Below are positions 61,340 to 64,000 of a stretch of DNA of 64,000 bases, piece by piece. A program made the position numbers and the translations under genes. The notes under the pieces are model-generated. The model did no database searches. It had not been told where the DNA came from and was given only the letters and a program-made list of their open reading frames with translations. This stretch comes from Myxococcota bacterium (lineage in GTDB: Bacteria; Myxococcota_A; UBA9042; PHBI01; JAWLBL01). The stretch spans positions 32,001-96,000 of the forward strand of contig JAWLBL010000017.1 in NCBI GenBank assembly GCA_041687695.1. Reading direction: 5' to 3'. How positions within the stretch are numbered: position 1 is the stretch's first letter; every line of letters starts with the position of its first letter.

Positions 61340-61771
61340 ATGCCGAATCGTCGGCCCCATGACCACATTGGCAACTTCAACTTCAAGGTTGAGATCGAGG
61401 GCGTGACCCAGGGTGCGTTCCGCAACGTCGAGGGCCTCGACTCCGAGACGGAGATCGTCGAGTACCAGGACGGCGACGACATCATCCTCCGCAAGCGCCC
61501 CGGCCGCACCAAGTACAGCAACATCGTGCTGAAGCGCGGCTACATCAACACGACCGAGCTGTGGGACTGGCGCAAGGCCGTCATCGACGGCAAGGTCGAG
61601 CGCAAGTCCGGCTCCGTGATCCTCTGCGCCGACGACGGCACCGAGATCATGCGCTACAACTTCTTCGAGGCGTGGCCCTGCAAGTGGAAGGGCTTCACCC
61701 TCGACGGCAAGGGCACGGACGTGAACGTCGAGGAGATCGAGCTCGCGGTCGAGAAGGTCGAGCGCGGCTAG
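61340..61771 (+). CDS. Phage T4-gp19-like tail tube protein (eCIS Afp1/5-like)
   Basis: FNFKVEIEG, VEYQDG, KRPGRTKYSNIVLKRG, LWDWR, AWPCKW, VEEIEL. Confidence 0.95.
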   Translation: MPNRRPHDHIGNFNFKVEIEGVTQGAFRNVEGLDSETEIVEYQDGDDIILRKRPGRTKYSNIVLKRGYINTTELWDWRKAVIDGKVERKSGSVILCADDGTEIMRYNFFEAWPCKWKGFTLDGKGTDVNVEEIELAVEKVERG

Positions 61772-61792
61772 TCGACTCTGACGGGTTGATGT

Positions 61793-61832
61793 GACGAAGG
61801 CCAGCTCTCTCGGGGGCTGGCTTTCGTCGTTT
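61793..61832 (+). terminator. Probable terminator/attenuating hairpin after the tube gene
   Basis: GACGAAGGCCAGCTC...GGGCTGGCTTTCGTC followed by GTTT. Confidence 0.55.
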
Positions 61833-62018
61833 CGGGCTGGCGCGACGACACGACCGACGGCGCACGATGAGCCCGGTCGCGGGCGCACTCCCGAGACTGA
61901 ACGAGCCCGGACGGCCGCCGTTCGGACCGTCCCCCCACCGGTTGCATCCTCGCCGCGTCCGGGTTACCTATGACGCTCCGAGGATGCCCCTCGACGACGA
62001 TCGGAAGGCAAGCACAGC

Positions 62019-62390
62019 ATGGCGTTCAAGACCGAGTTCGAGTTCACCCTGCCCAAGGGCTACGTCGACAAGGAAGGCAACGTTCATCGCAAGGGCGTGA
62101 TGCGCCTTGCCACTGCGAAGGACGAGATCCTGCCTCTGCAGGACTACCGCGTCCAGAACAACCGAGCCTACCTGGTGATCATCTTGCTGAGCCGCGTCAT
62201 CAGCAAGCTCGGCGACCTCAAGTCGATCAACCCGTCGGTCATCGAGGAGATGTTCTCGACGGACCTCGCGTACCTGCAGGACTTCTACCGGCGCATCAAC
62301 GAAGAGGGCACGAGCGCCGTGAAGGTGAAGTGTCCGGCCTGCGCGCACGGCTTCGACGTCGACCTCGGGGCCGACATGGGGGAATCGTAA
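62019..62390 (+). CDS. eCIS tail assembly chaperone (short, 0-frame product)
   Basis: EFEFTLPKGYVD..G.VHR.G.MRLATAKDEI, LLSRVI..LG, DLAYLQDFYRRIN, C-terminal CPAC; lies directly after the tube gene. Confidence 0.85.
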   Translation: MAFKTEFEFTLPKGYVDKEGNVHRKGVMRLATAKDEILPLQDYRVQNNRAYLVIILLSRVISKLGDLKSINPSVIEEMFSTDLAYLQDFYRRINEEGTSAVKVKCPACAHGFDVDLGADMGES

Positions 62391-62554
62391 GCTACCCCCT
62401 GGAGCGCATCTACCAGGAGGTAGCGTACATCGCGTACCACTTCCACTGGTCCATCGACGAGATCCTCGAGATGGAGCACAAGGAGCGGCAGGTCTGGGTA
62501 CGCGAGATCTCTGAAATCAATAAGGAAATCAACCAGTCGCGACGCAGTTCGTGA
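62381..62554 (+). CDS. DUF6760-like chaperone extension read in the -1 frame (probable programmed frameshift fusion)
   Basis: YPLERIYQEVAYIAYHFHWSIDEILEMEHKERQVWVREISEIN in the -1 frame; no nearby start codon or RBS before the conserved segment. Confidence 0.8.
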   Translation, partial: GIVSYPLERIYQEVAYIAYHFHWSIDEILEMEHKERQVWVREISEINKEINQSRRSS

Positions 62555-62616
62555 CCTCGGGCGCCGGTCGGATGCGAGGCCGGCCCCGGCCCCTATCGCC
62601 TCTCGGAGAAGTTCCA

Positions 62617-64000
62617 GTGGTTACGCCCCGAGCCCCCGGTGTCTATCAAGCCCCCCGGGACCGACGCTACACCCCCCTCACCCTGGGTGAGGTGGGCGTG
62701 CCCGGCTTCGTCGGCGTGGCCGAGCGTGGCCCGACGAACGACCCGGTTCGGATCACGTCCATCGACCAGTTTCACGACGTGTACGGGAACCTCGAGGAGC
62801 ACGGCTACCTCACGGACGCGGTTCAGGGCTTCTTCGAGAACGGCGGCCAAGCGTGTTACGTGCTCCGCGTCGCGCACATGGTCAAGCGCCTCCGCGAGGA
62901 GGTCGCCCGCCCGGCGTCGCTGCGACTCCAAGGGGACGGGGGCAAGCCGACCCTGGTCCTCCGAGCCTCGAACGAAGGGGTCTGGGGGAACAAGATCCGG
63001 GTGACCGTGGCTCGGCAGAAGCCACGCGTGTCCACCTTCCTGACCCTCGACCTCAAGTCGGGCGACACCTCCGCGGTCATCAAGAGCACCATCGGGCTCG
63101 CGCGCGGAACCATCGTCCGCATCTATGACGGCGACAAGGAGACGTTCCGAACGATCACCGAGCTGAGCGGCAAGAACATCAGCTGGTCCATCAGCGAGCC
63201 GCTCGAGCAGGACTTCCGATCCGGGGCGCCCACCTACATCGAGCCCGTCGAGTTCAGCGTGGACGTCCAATGGAAGGACCAGCGCGAACGGTTCCGCAAC
63301 CTGACGATGGCGCGCTCGTCGGATCTCTACGTCGAGCGGGTCATCAACACACAGTCGGCTCTGGTCCGCGTCGAGGATCTGGGCGCGGACGTTCCGGTCC
63401 ACCAGGCGTTTCCAGTGGACGTGCCTGAGACGAACCTCGAGAGCGGCACGGACGGGCTGCTCACGGTCACGCCCGAGGACTTCATCGGCGCGAACATCGG
63501 ACCGGGCGAGCGCTTCGGGCTCGCGGCCTATGAAGCCGTCGAGCAGATCGATCTCCTGTGCGTGCCGGACCTCATGTGGGCGCTCGACAAGAGCACCGGC
63601 TTCCGGACCGAGAAGGACGTCGAGGTCGTCCAGGACGCCATGGTCAGCCAGTGCGAGCGTCTCAAGACCCGCTTCGCGATCCTCGACCTGCCCGACCCTG
63701 TCGACCACCGCCGAGCGCTGCAGTGGCGCCTGCTCTTCGATACGCCGTATGCGGCGTTCTACTACCCGTGGATCCAGGTCGACGGATCGCAGGGCACCCG
63801 TCTCGTGCCGCCCTCGGGCCACATCGCGGGCATCTACGCCCGGTGCGACAACGCCCAGGGGCCCTTCCGGGCACCGGCCAACGAGGACATCGAGGGGGCG
63901 CTCGACATCGGCCGCGTCCTGCAGGACAGCGATCTGGGGCTCCTGAACGACCAGGGGGTCAACTGTCTCAAGCCGTTCCCGCGTCGCGGGATCCGGGTCT
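62617..64000 (+). CDS. Second contractile tail sheath protein with inserted domains (runs off the window end)
   Basis: GGAG + GTG; PGVY, GVPGFVGVAERGP, AVQGFFENGG, GVWGN, RFAILD, AAFYYPW, PPSGHIAGIYAR, APANE; open to 64000 (absent from the supplied ORF track). Confidence 0.9.
   Translation, partial: MVTPRAPGVYQAPRDRRYTPLTLGEVGVPGFVGVAERGPTNDPVRITSIDQFHDVYGNLEEHGYLTDAVQGFFENGGQACYVLRVAHMVKRLREEVARPASLRLQGDGGKPTLVLRASNEGVWGNKIRVTVARQKPRVSTFLTLDLKSGDTSAVIKSTIGLARGTIVRIYDGDKETFRTITELSGKNISWSISEPLEQDFRSGAPTYIEPVEFSVDVQWKDQRERFRNLTMARSSDLYVERVINTQSALVRVEDLGADVPVHQAFPVDVPETNLESGTDGLLTVTPEDFIGANIGPGERFGLAAYEAVEQIDLLCVPDLMWALDKSTGFRTEKDVEVVQDAMVSQCERLKTRFAILDLPDPVDHRRALQWRLLFDTPYAAFYYPWIQVDGSQGTRLVPPSGHIAGIYARCDNAQGPFRAPANEDIEGALDIGRVLQDSDLGLLNDQGVNCLKPFPRRGIRV

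Noticed and set aside
62381..62554. Chaperone pseudogene or sequencing frameshift
   Set aside because: The break coincides with a slippery heptamer plus a correctly spaced hairpin at the position expected for tail-chaperone recoding; an error cannot be fully excluded without reads

Overview
A high-GC bacterial chromosomal window; gene content and codon style suggest Myxococcota or a related deltaproteobacterium (inference). Most of it is core genome: CCA-adding enzyme, folE, acyl-CoA carboxylase beta subunit, a divergent sensor kinase/sigma-54 regulator pair, nadD, trpEGDCF, a PrkA-family AAA protein, an AsgB-like regulator, purH-purD, tig-clpP-clpX-lon, five tRNA genes, a split nuoEFJKLMN cluster, a PP2C phosphatase, uvrA and a Ser/Thr kinase. 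The right end (about 54-64 kb) is the most interesting part. It holds (i) an operon of ECF sigma factor, soluble zinc-finger anti-sigma and a membrane-anchored caspase-like CHAT protease with a predicted extracytoplasmic domain, preceded by a GGAAC-N16-CGTC ECF-type promoter, and (ii) the start of an extracellular contractile injection system (eCIS) locus. The eCIS tail-assembly-chaperone gene carries a clear -1 frameshift signal (G GGG GAA, 6-nt spacer, strong hairpin). Other oddities are an 85-bp tandem array built from the purD 3' end, a UvrA lacking its insertion domain, several probable pseudoenzymes and a tRNA-Arg(UCG). All family calls come from motif recognition by eye; no searches were run.
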